Sequence record: NC_061443.1
Strand: one strand, 5' to 3'
Length of the DNA: 64,000 nt
The notes beneath the pieces were generated by a model that was not told the DNA's origin, did not search any database, and worked only from the letters and a program-made list of their open reading frames with translations. Of this stretch, positions 1-9,382 are shown piece after piece. Position 1 is the stretch's first letter. Each line of letters starts with the position of its first letter. A program made the position numbers and the translations under genes.

Positions 1-9
1 GAGCCTTTT

Positions 10-558
10 ATGCGTATTCTTTCAGGCGACCCGGGCAAGGTTAACTTCGCGTTGTCTGTTCAGGAGTTTAAGGACAAGCGCATTACCGTGCTGGGTACGC
101 GGATGTTTCAACATCCTATCCAGAATCTGCATTATGACATGCGCCAGCCTACAAAAGAGTTTCTGGCGGAGCTTGAATTGATGTGGAAACTATACGGACC
201 GTTCGACGCCATGTGCTTCGAGCGATTCCAGTCGCGTGGACTTGGCGGTAACACGATTGAAGCAATCAGTCTGATGCTGGGTGTTATCTCATTCTTCGCA
301 CTGAAAAAGAAATGCCCGCTTGATTTGATTACGGCGAGCCAGTGGAAGAACGCATTCAACCGCACAATGGATCTCAAAGGTTATTACGCAGAACATAACC
401 TGACGTCCAAAAAGAGTCGCAAAGCGATTCACGAATTTGACGCCAGCCTGATTGGCGTCTATACCTTTTACCGTCATTCAGGAATCAAACCGTTCGCTGG
501 CTTCAATCGCATCATTGATGTATATGTGCCTAAATTCCTGGACGCACCTGTGTTGTGA
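10..558 (+). CDS. RuvC-like Holliday junction resolvase
   Basis: N-terminal ILSGDPG matches the RuvC/RNase H-fold first strand (hhGhDPG); acidic residue in CFERFQ; C-terminal helix HEFDA; size 182 aa. Confidence 0.7.
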   Translation: MRILSGDPGKVNFALSVQEFKDKRITVLGTRMFQHPIQNLHYDMRQPTKEFLAELELMWKLYGPFDAMCFERFQSRGLGGNTIEAISLMLGVISFFALKKKCPLDLITASQWKNAFNRTMDLKGYYAEHNLTSKKSRKAIHEFDASLIGVYTFYRHSGIKPFAGFNRIIDVYVPKFLDAPVL

Positions 559-564
559 GGACAT

Positions 565-930
565 ATGGAACAGCTTGACCTGTTACGAGTAGTAAATGAG
601 ATCGTCAGTGAGTTCGGGCGCTCTCATTATCTGGCGCAAGGAAGTGTTGGTACAAACACAGAACACTATGCGACGTATGAAACTCTGATCTCAGTCATGG
701 CCGATAGCACTGGCTCTTTCCATGAGGCAGATCTTCGTGCTAAGATTGCGGCGCAGATTGACGAGTATCGTGTTGTGGGATTCACTCGCACCTACAACGA
801 GCAAGTCAAAGAGTTTGTGCTGAAACTGACCGACCCTGTGTTCACCTACCGCGACCCGCAGGAATGTCCTGCAAATGGTAAAGTTTTGTATTCTGTTTCC
901 ATTGGTTTCCCATTCGTTGCCGCCAATTAA
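565..930 (+). CDS. hypothetical protein
   Basis: GAGGA RBS then ATG; in operon with upstream gene. Confidence 0.75.
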   Translation: MEQLDLLRVVNEIVSEFGRSHYLAQGSVGTNTEHYATYETLISVMADSTGSFHEADLRAKIAAQIDEYRVVGFTRTYNEQVKEFVLKLTDPVFTYRDPQECPANGKVLYSVSIGFPFVAAN

Positions 931-931
931 T

Positions 932-940
932 CTGTAAATA
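932..940 (+). promoter_or_regulatory. CTGTAAATA box, candidate phage-sigma promoter
   Basis: intergenic, 45 nt upstream of ATG 977; motif recurs at similar spacing before several genes. Confidence 0.6.
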
Positions 941-976
941 TCCTTACTTGGTTAACGTGCGCGTGGGATATTGAAA

Positions 977-1654
977 ATGGCGAAGTTGAAGAAAGAACCA
1001 GCGGCGAAAGTCAAAAAGAAAAAGACTTTGGCTGTCAAAACAAATAAAGAAAAAACGATTCCTATTCGTGTTGTGCAGGACACACGACCGATCATCACTT
1101 GCCCTGAAATGGAAGATAAGCCTCAGCCGTTTCTGTTTCGTGGCCAATGTCCAATCGTCACCTGTCAGTATTGCACACGCGAGACACCGACAGGTTGCAT
1201 GGCGCTTGACCGTAAAGAGTCAGCGGATCGTTCAATCTCCAACAAGGAGATACTCCATTACAAGAAAGGTCTCTTCCCTGAACTTAAAGAGATGGATCAG
1301 AAGACGCTGGACAATACGATTCGACGCGCACAAAATCGTACCCGCAATGCTATCTGTCTTACTATGTTTATTGCCGGGATTGATGATTCTGATTGCGATC
1401 GGTCTTTTAAATATGTAGAGGGCCGCTCCAAACTCGTCGATCAGGTTCATAACTATCTGATTCAAACGTTCAACGATTACCGTCCGTGGATGCTTGCGTA
1501 CCTCGACGACGAAAAACGATTCAGCGACATGGTTGGCAAAATAACCAACTCTGACTTTAATTTAGTTAACGCATTACGTTTGACTCCTCGTAAGTATCAG
1601 ACGTTCTGCCAGTCGCTACAAAATCTTAAACAATCTGGAGACTCTCATGAGTAA
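977..1654 (+). CDS. hypothetical protein, Lys-rich N-terminus and Cys cluster (possible Zn binding)
   Basis: ATG at 977 preferred over TTG 971; CPIVTCQYC...GC. Confidence 0.7.
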   Translation: MAKLKKEPAAKVKKKKTLAVKTNKEKTIPIRVVQDTRPIITCPEMEDKPQPFLFRGQCPIVTCQYCTRETPTGCMALDRKESADRSISNKEILHYKKGLFPELKEMDQKTLDNTIRRAQNRTRNAICLTMFIAGIDDSDCDRSFKYVEGRSKLVDQVHNYLIQTFNDYRPWMLAYLDDEKRFSDMVGKITNSDFNLVNALRLTPRKYQTFCQSLQNLKQSGDSHE

Positions 1655-3419
1655 CTTTATCTCCCTCGATCAGTATCGCGCGTTCATCAAGCGCAATATC
1701 CTGAAAGAGCCTCAGATGCTCGTCATTAATCAGACGCAGCCTCTGGGACAAATCTTCTTCCAATGCCCCGGCGATAACTTTGCGATGAAAGATATCATCG
1801 TGCCTGCATCGAAGAACGCGGTCGATCTGACTCAACAGGCGCCACTGGAAAATCTGCTGGCATGTAGTCAACTGAAAGCGCTGCTGCAAACGCAGAAACT
1901 CGTGCTGCTGAATCCGGAAGAAATGCCAACTCCTGGCGAAGGTATTCAGATGCCGCAGTTGAACACGCCTCCTGTTGCTGGTGCAGTGTCTGTTGACGGC
2001 GTGACTATCCCGAACGCAATCGTGATTGTCGAGCAGAACGGTAACGTGTGGACTGGTGCTTCTAACGGCAGCGGCGTATTCACTGTTGACGTATCTGGCC
2101 TGGAAGAAGGCGTGTTCTCGATCACTGTTACTGCTGATGGATTCGTGCCTGCGCGTTACAACTTCACTGCCGGTGCGCAGCCTCTACAGCCAATGCCTGA
2201 GCCTACCGTACACGCTGTCTTCAAAGAGACAACTGTAACGGGAACCACTGTTGCGAATGCTAATATCTCCGTATCAGTGCAGAGCAAAACGTTTACTGGT
2301 CAGGCTGATGATCAAGGTGCGTTCAGCGTTGACGTTGACCCACTGCCGTTTGACACAATTCACCTGACGATTACTGCTGCTGGTTATCTGGATAAAGTTG
2401 TTAACCACGTTGTTGACAGCATTCCTGGTCTGGCTCAGATTAACAGCGCTCCGTTCTTGTCTACCACCATCGCAGGTAAAGCAAGTCCTGAAGCTGAAAT
2501 CGAAATCCTGATCACTGGTCAATCCAATCAGTTCGCTACCGCTGCCGCAAACGGTGACTGGTCTGCGACTGTTGGTGCCGTTAAAGGTGAAGTCTCTATT
2601 CGTGTGCTGGAAAAAGACGGCTACGACGAAGCGACTGCTACCATGCAGCCCACCAAACTGCCTGCTCCTGTGCTTGCTGTTGATGACGCTGATAACATCG
2701 GTGAGAATCAAACAGTATTTGGCGGGGCAATCACTGGCCTGAGTGCAGAAGCAAACGACGTAGCGGTAACGCTGACTGTTCAGGCCGGTCTCTATGAAGG
2801 TACTGTTGACCTGCAATCAAGCCACTGGTCTGTGACTGGTGTTGATGCGAAAGCTGGTGTGGGTTCTGTAGGTGTTGTTAATCTGACGTCGGCCTTCTAT
2901 GAAGATGCCTCAACGCAGTTCAACATTCTGGAAGAGTTCGCACAGCCTACGCTGCAACAAGCGCAGGACGGTCAAACTGCTGTGGTCGGTGACACCGTAG
3001 CTTCTGCTACTGTTAAGATCACGATGGGCGGTGAGACTAAAACTGCTTCTTCAAATCCGCAGGGAGCGTTCTCTGTTGATGGATTTACCAACGTTGTTCC
3101 TGGCTCGATTCGTATTGAACTGTCACGCAACGGTTATCTGCCTGCCGTGTTTAACGTGACGCTTGTTGTTCAGGCGCTCGGACAACTGGATAATGAACTG
3201 GCTGTCGGTGAGGACACCGCTACAGGCCACGCTACACCAGGGTCTACGGTAACACTGACTCAGGGTGGCATTAGTGGTGACGCTGTTGCTGACGCATCTA
3301 CTGGCGAATTTATTATTAGCCTGTCCAGCCCGCTTGCGGCAGACACCCAGGTAGAGCTGAAAGTAGAACACGCGAACTACGTGACGTACACTGAAACCTT
3401 AGCGGTTTCTAATCCTTAA
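1647..3419 (+). CDS. Ig-like repeat virion (decoration/fibre) protein
   Basis: about six beta-rich repeats of the type TTVTGT..ANA.I.V.....TGQADDQGAFSV (bacterial Ig / carboxypeptidase-regulatory-like); N-terminal domain shared with 3472..4119. Confidence 0.7.
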   Translation: MSNFISLDQYRAFIKRNILKEPQMLVINQTQPLGQIFFQCPGDNFAMKDIIVPASKNAVDLTQQAPLENLLACSQLKALLQTQKLVLLNPEEMPTPGEGIQMPQLNTPPVAGAVSVDGVTIPNAIVIVEQNGNVWTGASNGSGVFTVDVSGLEEGVFSITVTADGFVPARYNFTAGAQPLQPMPEPTVHAVFKETTVTGTTVANANISVSVQSKTFTGQADDQGAFSVDVDPLPFDTIHLTITAAGYLDKVVNHVVDSIPGLAQINSAPFLSTTIAGKASPEAEIEILITGQSNQFATAAANGDWSATVGAVKGEVSIRVLEKDGYDEATATMQPTKLPAPVLAVDDADNIGENQTVFGGAITGLSAEANDVAVTLTVQAGLYEGTVDLQSSHWSVTGVDAKAGVGSVGVVNLTSAFYEDASTQFNILEEFAQPTLQQAQDGQTAVVGDTVASATVKITMGGETKTASSNPQGAFSVDGFTNVVPGSIRIELSRNGYLPAVFNVTLVVQALGQLDNELAVGEDTATGHATPGSTVTLTQGGISGDAVADASTGEFIISLSSPLAADTQVELKVEHANYVTYTETLAVSNP

Positions 3420-3427
3420 TATTACCT

Positions 3428-3445
3428 AAGGGGCTTCGGCCCCTT
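3428..3445 (+). terminator. hairpin, probable intrinsic terminator or processing stem
   Basis: AAGGGGC-TTCG-GCCCCTT just after the stop codon. Confidence 0.65.
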
Positions 3446-3471
3446 GTTGAACTACAATTCGGAGATTTACC

Positions 3472-4119
3472 ATGTCAGAGAAAGTTAAAGTACAGCCCAT
3501 CACGCTGACCGCTTACAACGAAAAGTACGGTCAAGACGTTGTTGCACCGATGTATGTTGCTAACCGTACCGAGCCTCGTGGCAACGTAATGTTCAGCGCA
3601 CAGGATGACATGGGCCAGCCGGTTCCTGTTCTCGTTCCAGCTACCTTCATCCCAATCGATCTGACTCAGCAAGCTACCAAAGAGAGCCTGTTGAAATCTA
3701 CTCACCTGCGCCGTGCGTTGCAGCGTAATCAGTTGGTTATCATCGACACTGAAAGCGCCGAGCACTATCTGCGTACCTCAGCATTGGCTAAGTCTGAAAT
3801 GGCTAACCTGAACAAAATGGGTAGCGCTATCGCTGCTGACCTGGGCGAAGAAGGCGGTACTCTGGCTGCAATCGATCTGGGCGGTGCTGCTCGTCGTCAG
3901 GTACACTTCGAAGGTGGTACTCAGTATTCTGAAAACCAATTCGTTAACGCATTCATCGTCCGTGCTGCTGACGATAGCGACGAGTCTGATGACAACCTGC
4001 AACGTGAATTCCTGTCTCGCGGCATTAACCTGCCTACGTCCGAGCTGGAAATCCTGCGTAAGCACATCACTCGTCCTGCAATCGTCGAACTGATCATGCA
4101 GGCTCTTGACGACGCATAA
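3472..4119 (+). CDS. hypothetical protein, paralogue of the N-terminal domain of the Ig-repeat protein
   Basis: GGAG RBS; shared motif VP....IDLTQQA..E.LL....L. Confidence 0.8.
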   Translation: MSEKVKVQPITLTAYNEKYGQDVVAPMYVANRTEPRGNVMFSAQDDMGQPVPVLVPATFIPIDLTQQATKESLLKSTHLRRALQRNQLVIIDTESAEHYLRTSALAKSEMANLNKMGSAIAADLGEEGGTLAAIDLGGAARRQVHFEGGTQYSENQFVNAFIVRAADDSDESDDNLQREFLSRGINLPTSELEILRKHITRPAIVELIMQALDDA

Positions 4120-4134
4120 TTCAGTGCTACAGAC

Positions 4135-4174
4135 AAAAAAAAATGGGAGGCCCCGAAAGGAGTCTCCCATTTTT
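4135..4174. terminator. bidirectional intrinsic terminator
   Basis: A9-TGGGAG...CTCCCA-T5 between convergent genes 3472..4119(+) and primase(-). Confidence 0.8.
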
Positions 4175-4195
4175 GTTACAGCAATTTATTTTCTG

Positions 4196-5263
4196 CTACG
4201 CTCGTTTGTTGGATATTGCTTTCACTGCGTTAGGTCTATTCCATCCCAATGCCTTAGCTGGCATGATGCACTTCTTACCGTGCAGGTCTTTCAACGTCAT
4301 GCGCACTTCTTTGATCAAGTTCATCGGAGCATTGTCTGGGTCGAGCTTAATCAGCTTACCGTCTTCGTCGAACTCACGAGGAAGTTTGAAATGCTTGACT
4401 GGTACTGGAGAGTTTTTCTCAAACTCTGCCTTGATTTTATTACGCAGCAACTTCCCGCCACCATCGTTGTCTGTCATCGTGTAGACAACACTCACGCCTA
4501 ACATCTCAAGCGTTCTACGTTTCGTTTCACCGAACTGCTCTGCGCCTAATACAGCAAGAGCTGGGATCCCATACGATAACAAAGCCAGAGCGTCACGAGG
4601 ACCTTCGACGAGAACAATGTAGCGTAGCTTGTATTTCTTCAAACACTCTTTAACTAAAGGCAAAGGAAACAGACCTTTCTCTTTTGCCCAGTCGCCGTTC
4701 GAGTTCACATAGCTGGTGCCGTTCATTTGCTTACGCAGATACGCAGCGATACCTCCTATGTATTTCGTGCCGTGCTTACAAGGGAAGAAGCAAACGTTAC
4801 TGCCCGTGCGTTGTGCATTAAGCAAACCACCAGCAGCCTGAACAAGCGCTCCAGGATATCCGCGCCACTCAACATCGACTGGCCATTCCATGTAGCTGTT
4901 ACGACCAAGTGCTTTCATCAATAGACCGACAGAAGGGTACGTACCGATCTTATTACCAATCTGCTCATACGTCTTGAACAGCGCACTCAAGCTATTCGTG
5001 TTAGCGTCTTTAAGCGCCCAGCCCTTTATTTCTTGAAGCTTGGCGTGTGCCGCTAATTTATTCCAGCCACCTTTCTCACCGCAACCGAAGCAGTGGAAGA
5101 AACCTAGAGGTATCTCCATACCCACAGAAGTGTAAATACCACAACTAGGGGTCTTGTCACTGTGAAAGGGACAGCACACCATAACAGTGTCACCGTTGTA
5201 TTTCTTATCGCCCGGTATTTTACCGATTTCGTCAAGTATTATCTGATGAACATCTTCTGCCAT
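4196..5263 (-). CDS. dnaG: DNA primase (CHC2 zinc finger + TOPRIM)
   Basis: CCPFHSDKTPSC...HCFGC zinc finger; LVEGPRDAL and TDNDGGG TOPRIM motifs. Confidence 0.9.
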   Translation of the reverse strand: MAEDVHQIILDEIGKIPGDKKYNGDTVMVCCPFHSDKTPSCGIYTSVGMEIPLGFFHCFGCGEKGGWNKLAAHAKLQEIKGWALKDANTNSLSALFKTYEQIGNKIGTYPSVGLLMKALGRNSYMEWPVDVEWRGYPGALVQAAGGLLNAQRTGSNVCFFPCKHGTKYIGGIAAYLRKQMNGTSYVNSNGDWAKEKGLFPLPLVKECLKKYKLRYIVLVEGPRDALALLSYGIPALAVLGAEQFGETKRRTLEMLGVSVVYTMTDNDGGGKLLRNKIKAEFEKNSPVPVKHFKLPREFDEDGKLIKLDPDNAPMNLIKEVRMTLKDLHGKKCIMPAKALGWNRPNAVKAISNKRA

Positions 5264-5302
5264 ACCATCACCTGTTTGTTTCGTAATTTGAGCATATAAG
5301 CA

Positions 5303-5311
5303 TATTTACAG
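5303..5311 (-). promoter_or_regulatory. CTGTAAATA box upstream of primase
   Basis: TATTTACAG on + strand = CTGTAAATA on -, 48 nt before the primase ATG; orientation follows the only minus-strand gene. Confidence 0.65.
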
Positions 5312-5326
5312 AATAAGGACAATAGA

Positions 5327-5659
5327 ATGGGCAATCCACATCGTTACGTGCATACGGCACAGCGTCGGTTCTACGACAAGCACTGGATTGGATTCTGCGA
5401 TCTGATTCGTGTTGAACCTCAGACCTGTGGGGCATTCGACAAACAGGATGATATGATTGGCCTGTCGCTCCCACGAGATTTTGACGTAGACACAGCAACA
5501 AAGAGTCTGCGTCTGATTTATACCGAGACTGACGAGAATGTAGAAGTACGCTGTTACCTGTTTGGTACTCGCTACTATAAATTCGTATTCTTCGAGCAAA
5601 CCATTGCCGTAAGCGAGGACACCAATGAGAACGTTAGCAAACATACCCGCGCGAGTTAA
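5327..5659 (+). CDS. hypothetical protein
   Basis: AAGGA RBS, divergent from primase. Confidence 0.7.
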   Translation: MGNPHRYVHTAQRRFYDKHWIGFCDLIRVEPQTCGAFDKQDDMIGLSLPRDFDVDTATKSLRLIYTETDENVEVRCYLFGTRYYKFVFFEQTIAVSEDTNENVSKHTRAS

Positions 5660-6710
5660 TGATACGCGCAATCTGTCCCGCATCGGTAAAATGATTGACG
5701 CTGCCCTTGACGTAAAGAACCAAGAGAAGCGTTGGCCGAAGAAGCGCGTCAGTCCTTCGATGTTTCCTATCTGCCCGATTCAAGAGGCAGCCAAACTGAT
5801 CTACCAGAAGCATAATAACTGCATGACAGGTGAGTCTGGCACCTTGCTGAACATCTTCGCTAAGGCGGGGACTGGAATGCACGAATCATTGCAGAACGCT
5901 CTGGGACATAGTGGCCAGATGGTTGGTCACTGGAAATGTACGAACGATAAATGCGTTGAGTACCCAAAGACCAAAGGCAAGACTGTCGATGGTGAGTACG
6001 TCAAAGGCAAATACACGCGAACTCGAAGCACGAACAATCGCTGTCCATCGTGCGACAAGCCCATGGCTTATGCAGAACTTAAAGTCCTGTACAAGTCATT
6101 AAAGGGATACGTCGATGGACTGATTGATAATCTGGACGGTACGTACAGCCTGATAGATTTGAAATCGACTATGGTGACCAAAGCTGCTGACGGTTCTTTC
6201 TTCGTTAAGTATCACCGCTTCCAGATTGCGACATACGCATACCTGCTGAAAAAGCGTTACGGCTATAACATCGTAGACTACACCCTGGTCTATGTGCCAC
6301 GCGACAACCCTAAAAAGTTTGTCGAGAAGACCTTTATCTTCGACGAGGCTGAGTCTAAGCGCGCCAAAGACTTTATGATGGAACAAATACGCGCATGGGA
6401 TGCTGCGGTAAAATCGGTGCGCACAGGCGACTTGCTGCCCGCTATCAAGCGGAAGCCGTGCAAGAGTGCCGAGTATTATTGGGACGAGTTCCACGGATAT
6501 GACACATGCCCTTTTGTTGACTATTGCTTTATTCAATCACACATGATTGACTTCATGAAGAAGTTGGAGCAGCGAATCATGGCCAACCCCGAACTGACTT
6601 ATATGGAAATCGTAAGTACAGGGCGGAAAACTCAACAACAAGGTCTGCTGCCGGACAAGAAGTCCAAGACTGGACGTCCGAAGCATATCGTAAAAACATT
6701 TGAGCTATGA
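5625..6710 (+). CDS. Cas4/RecB-family PD-(D/E)xK exonuclease with Fe-S-type Cys set and inserted Zn finger
   Basis: SPSMFPICP, GTGMH, GYVDGLID, IDLKST, QIATYAYL, and C-terminal C...CPFVDYC; extra CTNDKC/CPSC. Confidence 0.8.
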   Translation: MRTLANIPARVNDTRNLSRIGKMIDAALDVKNQEKRWPKKRVSPSMFPICPIQEAAKLIYQKHNNCMTGESGTLLNIFAKAGTGMHESLQNALGHSGQMVGHWKCTNDKCVEYPKTKGKTVDGEYVKGKYTRTRSTNNRCPSCDKPMAYAELKVLYKSLKGYVDGLIDNLDGTYSLIDLKSTMVTKAADGSFFVKYHRFQIATYAYLLKKRYGYNIVDYTLVYVPRDNPKKFVEKTFIFDEAESKRAKDFMMEQIRAWDAAVKSVRTGDLLPAIKRKPCKSAEYYWDEFHGYDTCPFVDYCFIQSHMIDFMKKLEQRIMANPELTYMEIVSTGRKTQQQGLLPDKKSKTGRPKHIVKTFEL

Positions 6711-7117
6711 GCATACAAAAAGATTATGAACGATCTATGCGCCGACTTAAGGAGTCTGTCTATCGCAAAGAGCATCTCGGCTATGTAGTCCCGAGATGCG
6801 TTGACGTTGTTCTCTCGAAATTGAGATCGCCTGAACAGGTAGTGTCGAGAAAGTATTTGGTCATGCTGATGTTATTCAGTCAGACATGCGAACAGCTCGG
6901 CTCAGCCTTGACTATGCGCGAACAACTCGTGGTCAAGATGACTATCCTAAGTCGCAAGCATCCAACGCCAGACATTCAGCGTAAAATCAGACGCCTTGAA
7001 GAACTGGTAATAAGCCAGGATAGAAACATCGAGAGTCATAGATTGCTTCTCGATTATCGTGCCAGCGTATTGATTGATATACTCGACGGCAAAGAACCTA
7101 ATTCACGTTACACTTGA
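6707..7117 (+). CDS. hypothetical protein, coiled-coil-like
   Basis: ATGA overlap with upstream stop. Confidence 0.7.
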   Translation: MSIQKDYERSMRRLKESVYRKEHLGYVVPRCVDVVLSKLRSPEQVVSRKYLVMLMLFSQTCEQLGSALTMREQLVVKMTILSRKHPTPDIQRKIRRLEELVISQDRNIESHRLLLDYRASVLIDILDGKEPNSRYT

Positions 7118-7124
7118 GGTACTC

Positions 7125-7604
7125 ATGGAAATTTATGTAAGCCTGAGTCAGGACAGCACGGATAAGAACCGTAGTAAAGTCACTAGCCCTGAATCAAACA
7201 CTGGGCGTGTCGATGTGTCCGAATACGCTTCACTGGAGAAGAAACTCCGCTTGACAGATGAAGCAAAAGACAAAGAGAAGCTGGCTCAAAAGGCTGGTGG
7301 CGGTGATTCTGTAAAGGGTAAGAAAGGCGCTAAGAAAGATAGCGATAAACCCAAGGATGACGACACTGATACGGACGAAGATCCATCATTAGACGATGAA
7401 GGTGACGCAGATGATTCAGATGACTCTTCCGATACAGATGGAGACGACTCCGATGGAGACACTAAAGCTAAGAAGTCAGGAAAGAAATCTGACAAGTCTG
7501 GAGCAAAGGACTCAGCGGACGCAGAAGACCCTGACGCAGACGAACCCGAAAGTGATGACGGGGATGCAGATGCTGAAGGCGCTGATGACGAGGACATCGA
7601 ATAG
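7125..7604 (+). CDS. low-complexity Asp/Lys-rich protein with N-terminal VSLS motif
   Basis: GAGGT RBS before ATG 7125 (MEIYVSLSQD); D-rich and K-rich blocks. Confidence 0.75.
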   Translation: MEIYVSLSQDSTDKNRSKVTSPESNTGRVDVSEYASLEKKLRLTDEAKDKEKLAQKAGGGDSVKGKKGAKKDSDKPKDDDTDTDEDPSLDDEGDADDSDDSSDTDGDDSDGDTKAKKSGKKSDKSGAKDSADAEDPDADEPESDDGDADAEGADDEDIE

Positions 7605-7617
7605 CGATAACGTCGAT

Positions 7618-8145
7618 GTGCCGAAGACATATGAAGCGTTGCGCGATGTTCTGATTGCTATTCGCTACATGTGCACCAAGCGAATGATCTTTCCTGTCGT
7701 AGTCGCCAACATCGAACAACGTAACGACTATCTGGTGATGAACAAACTCACCTTTAGCATGAAGCCTGGTAAATTCCTGACCGCTATTCAGGACAGCAAC
7801 TGCCCTGTAAACGTGTGTTGGCTCATGCGGGCCTTCACACGCACTGCATTGCACTTCGACCTGAAGCCTGTGATAGCTGATCGTAGTGGGGACTTCCAAC
7901 CACTGGTCAGTCGTTACTTCACTCAGGAAGATCCCGACTTCGCTTACCGTCGTCATTACGACATTCGCTACATGGCTGCGCTCACTGATATTTGTAAGCC
8001 CCGCATGTACACGCTTAATGGAGTTAATTATGGCGTACAAGTCTCTAGCCAAGAAACCGAAGAAGTCGAAAGCTGCGAAAGAAGCCGAGACACGGAACAA
8101 GGCTCACAAGCAAGCTCGCCGTGGGAAGCTCGGTCAGGCTGTTAA
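7618..8145 (+). CDS. hypothetical protein
   Basis: probable GTG start at 7618 after the 7604 stop; the track's 7396 start runs through the upstream gene. Confidence 0.6.
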   Translation: MPKTYEALRDVLIAIRYMCTKRMIFPVVVANIEQRNDYLVMNKLTFSMKPGKFLTAIQDSNCPVNVCWLMRAFTRTALHFDLKPVIADRSGDFQPLVSRYFTQEDPDFAYRRHYDIRYMAALTDICKPRMYTLNGVNYGVQVSSQETEEVESCERSRDTEQGSQASSPWEARSGC

Positions 8146-8686
8146 GACACTCAGCGCTGCATCGAAGAAATCCCGCCGCATGACGAAAGGTGAGAAACGC
8201 GCTATTCAGTTGCAGCCGTTCAAACCTCAAGTCGTACCGCAGCCTCCTAAAACTCCTCTGATGGAGAAAGGTCTTTCACTGAACGCGCTGATCAAATCGA
8301 CGCCACGTTTGATGAAAGAGAACGCCATGGAATGTTATGTCAATGGCGTTAAGCGCGGCAAGACGAACAAAGGTCTGCCTATGATTATGGCAAACGTTCG
8401 TCACAAAGATCCACTGCGTCCTAATAAAACAGTACGCATTCACAAGCCGATGATTATCGGTCTGGATGACCCGTTCAAGCCTATTTCAAAACAAAAGCGT
8501 GTACTGGTCAGTTGTCCCTGCGAGAACTTCGTGTTCATGTGGGAGTATGCAGATACCGAACACGGTGCTGCGCGAATCATTTACGGTAACGGCGAACCAC
8601 CAGACTTCACTAACCCAGGTCATGCGCCCGGTCTGTGCAAGCACCTGATGGCCTTAGCCGATCAAGTAAAACGTAACGGAGACTAA
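8030..8686 (+). CDS. SWIM zinc-finger protein with basic N-terminus
   Basis: GGAG RBS before ATG 8030; VSCPCENF...GLCKHLMAL = CxC...CxH SWIM signature. Confidence 0.75.
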   Translation: MAYKSLAKKPKKSKAAKEAETRNKAHKQARRGKLGQAVKTLSAASKKSRRMTKGEKRAIQLQPFKPQVVPQPPKTPLMEKGLSLNALIKSTPRLMKENAMECYVNGVKRGKTNKGLPMIMANVRHKDPLRPNKTVRIHKPMIIGLDDPFKPISKQKRVLVSCPCENFVFMWEYADTEHGAARIIYGNGEPPDFTNPGHAPGLCKHLMALADQVKRNGD

Positions 8687-8691
8687 TCCGA

Positions 8692-8973
8692 ATGTTCTTT
8701 AACAATCCTGCACCTGGTGTAATCCCGAACTATCCGATTGTGCATTCGATTCATGAGATGCACCGTCGTGTGGCTGAACTGAACGGCGAACTGATTGCCG
8801 CTGGTTGTACTGTTGTCGAGAACTGCGGCGAGATGTTGATTGAAGTGCCTAAAGGCGCATCTGCCAAAGTGGATGATATCATCCAGCGCCATCAGGACAT
8901 GTTCAAAGGCCCTGTTGTCAGCCGACCGGGTCGCTTGCAGATTGGAGGCGAAGATGCAGAAACAGAAGTTTAA
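8692..8973 (+). CDS. hypothetical protein
   Basis: ORF in tight operon. Confidence 0.6.
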   Translation: MFFNNPAPGVIPNYPIVHSIHEMHRRVAELNGELIAAGCTVVENCGEMLIEVPKGASAKVDDIIQRHQDMFKGPVVSRPGRLQIGGEDAETEV

Positions 8974-9382
8974 TCCTGAAACGCATAGCGTGTCGCTGCA
9001 TTTCGGCCAGCACATTGTTCACGGCCACGCGCAAGAAAGCGTGTTTGGTGACGCAATGCAGACGTTGCTTATGCGCGAAATCGAACGCAGTACCAAAGAA
9101 GCTATGGAGCAGTTCTCGGGTATTGCGACTGCGCCTCCTACCATTGAGTGTGAAACGAAAGATGCCAGTTCGATTCTCGCTTCGCTTCGTCAGTGGCAGG
9201 CAGTGATTGAAGCACAAGAACCTGTGAAAGAGTTCGAGCCGTGCTCTATCCCAGACTGGATGCGTCCTAGTCTCAAAGCGAAGGGAATGACAGAGGAAGA
9301 GATTGATAAAATCTTGATCACTGGCATCGAACCTTCGTGGGACGATAAGCCTGGCGTTGTGTTCCGTACAGTCACCATCTAA
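8954..9382 (+). CDS. hypothetical protein
   Basis: GGAGG RBS before ATG 8954. Confidence 0.7.
   Translation: MQKQKFNPETHSVSLHFGQHIVHGHAQESVFGDAMQTLLMREIERSTKEAMEQFSGIATAPPTIECETKDASSILASLRQWQAVIEAQEPVKEFEPCSIPDWMRPSLKAKGMTEEEIDKILITGIEPSWDDKPGVVFRTVTI

Noticed and set aside
5625-6710. CRISPR-Cas system implied by the Cas4-like gene
   Set aside because: No cas1/cas2, effector genes or array in the window; stand-alone phage Cas4-like nucleases are common
7396-7617. Extended N-terminus of ORF 7396..8145
   Set aside because: Overlaps the acidic gene 7125..7604 in another frame with no RBS; GTG 7618 is more plausible
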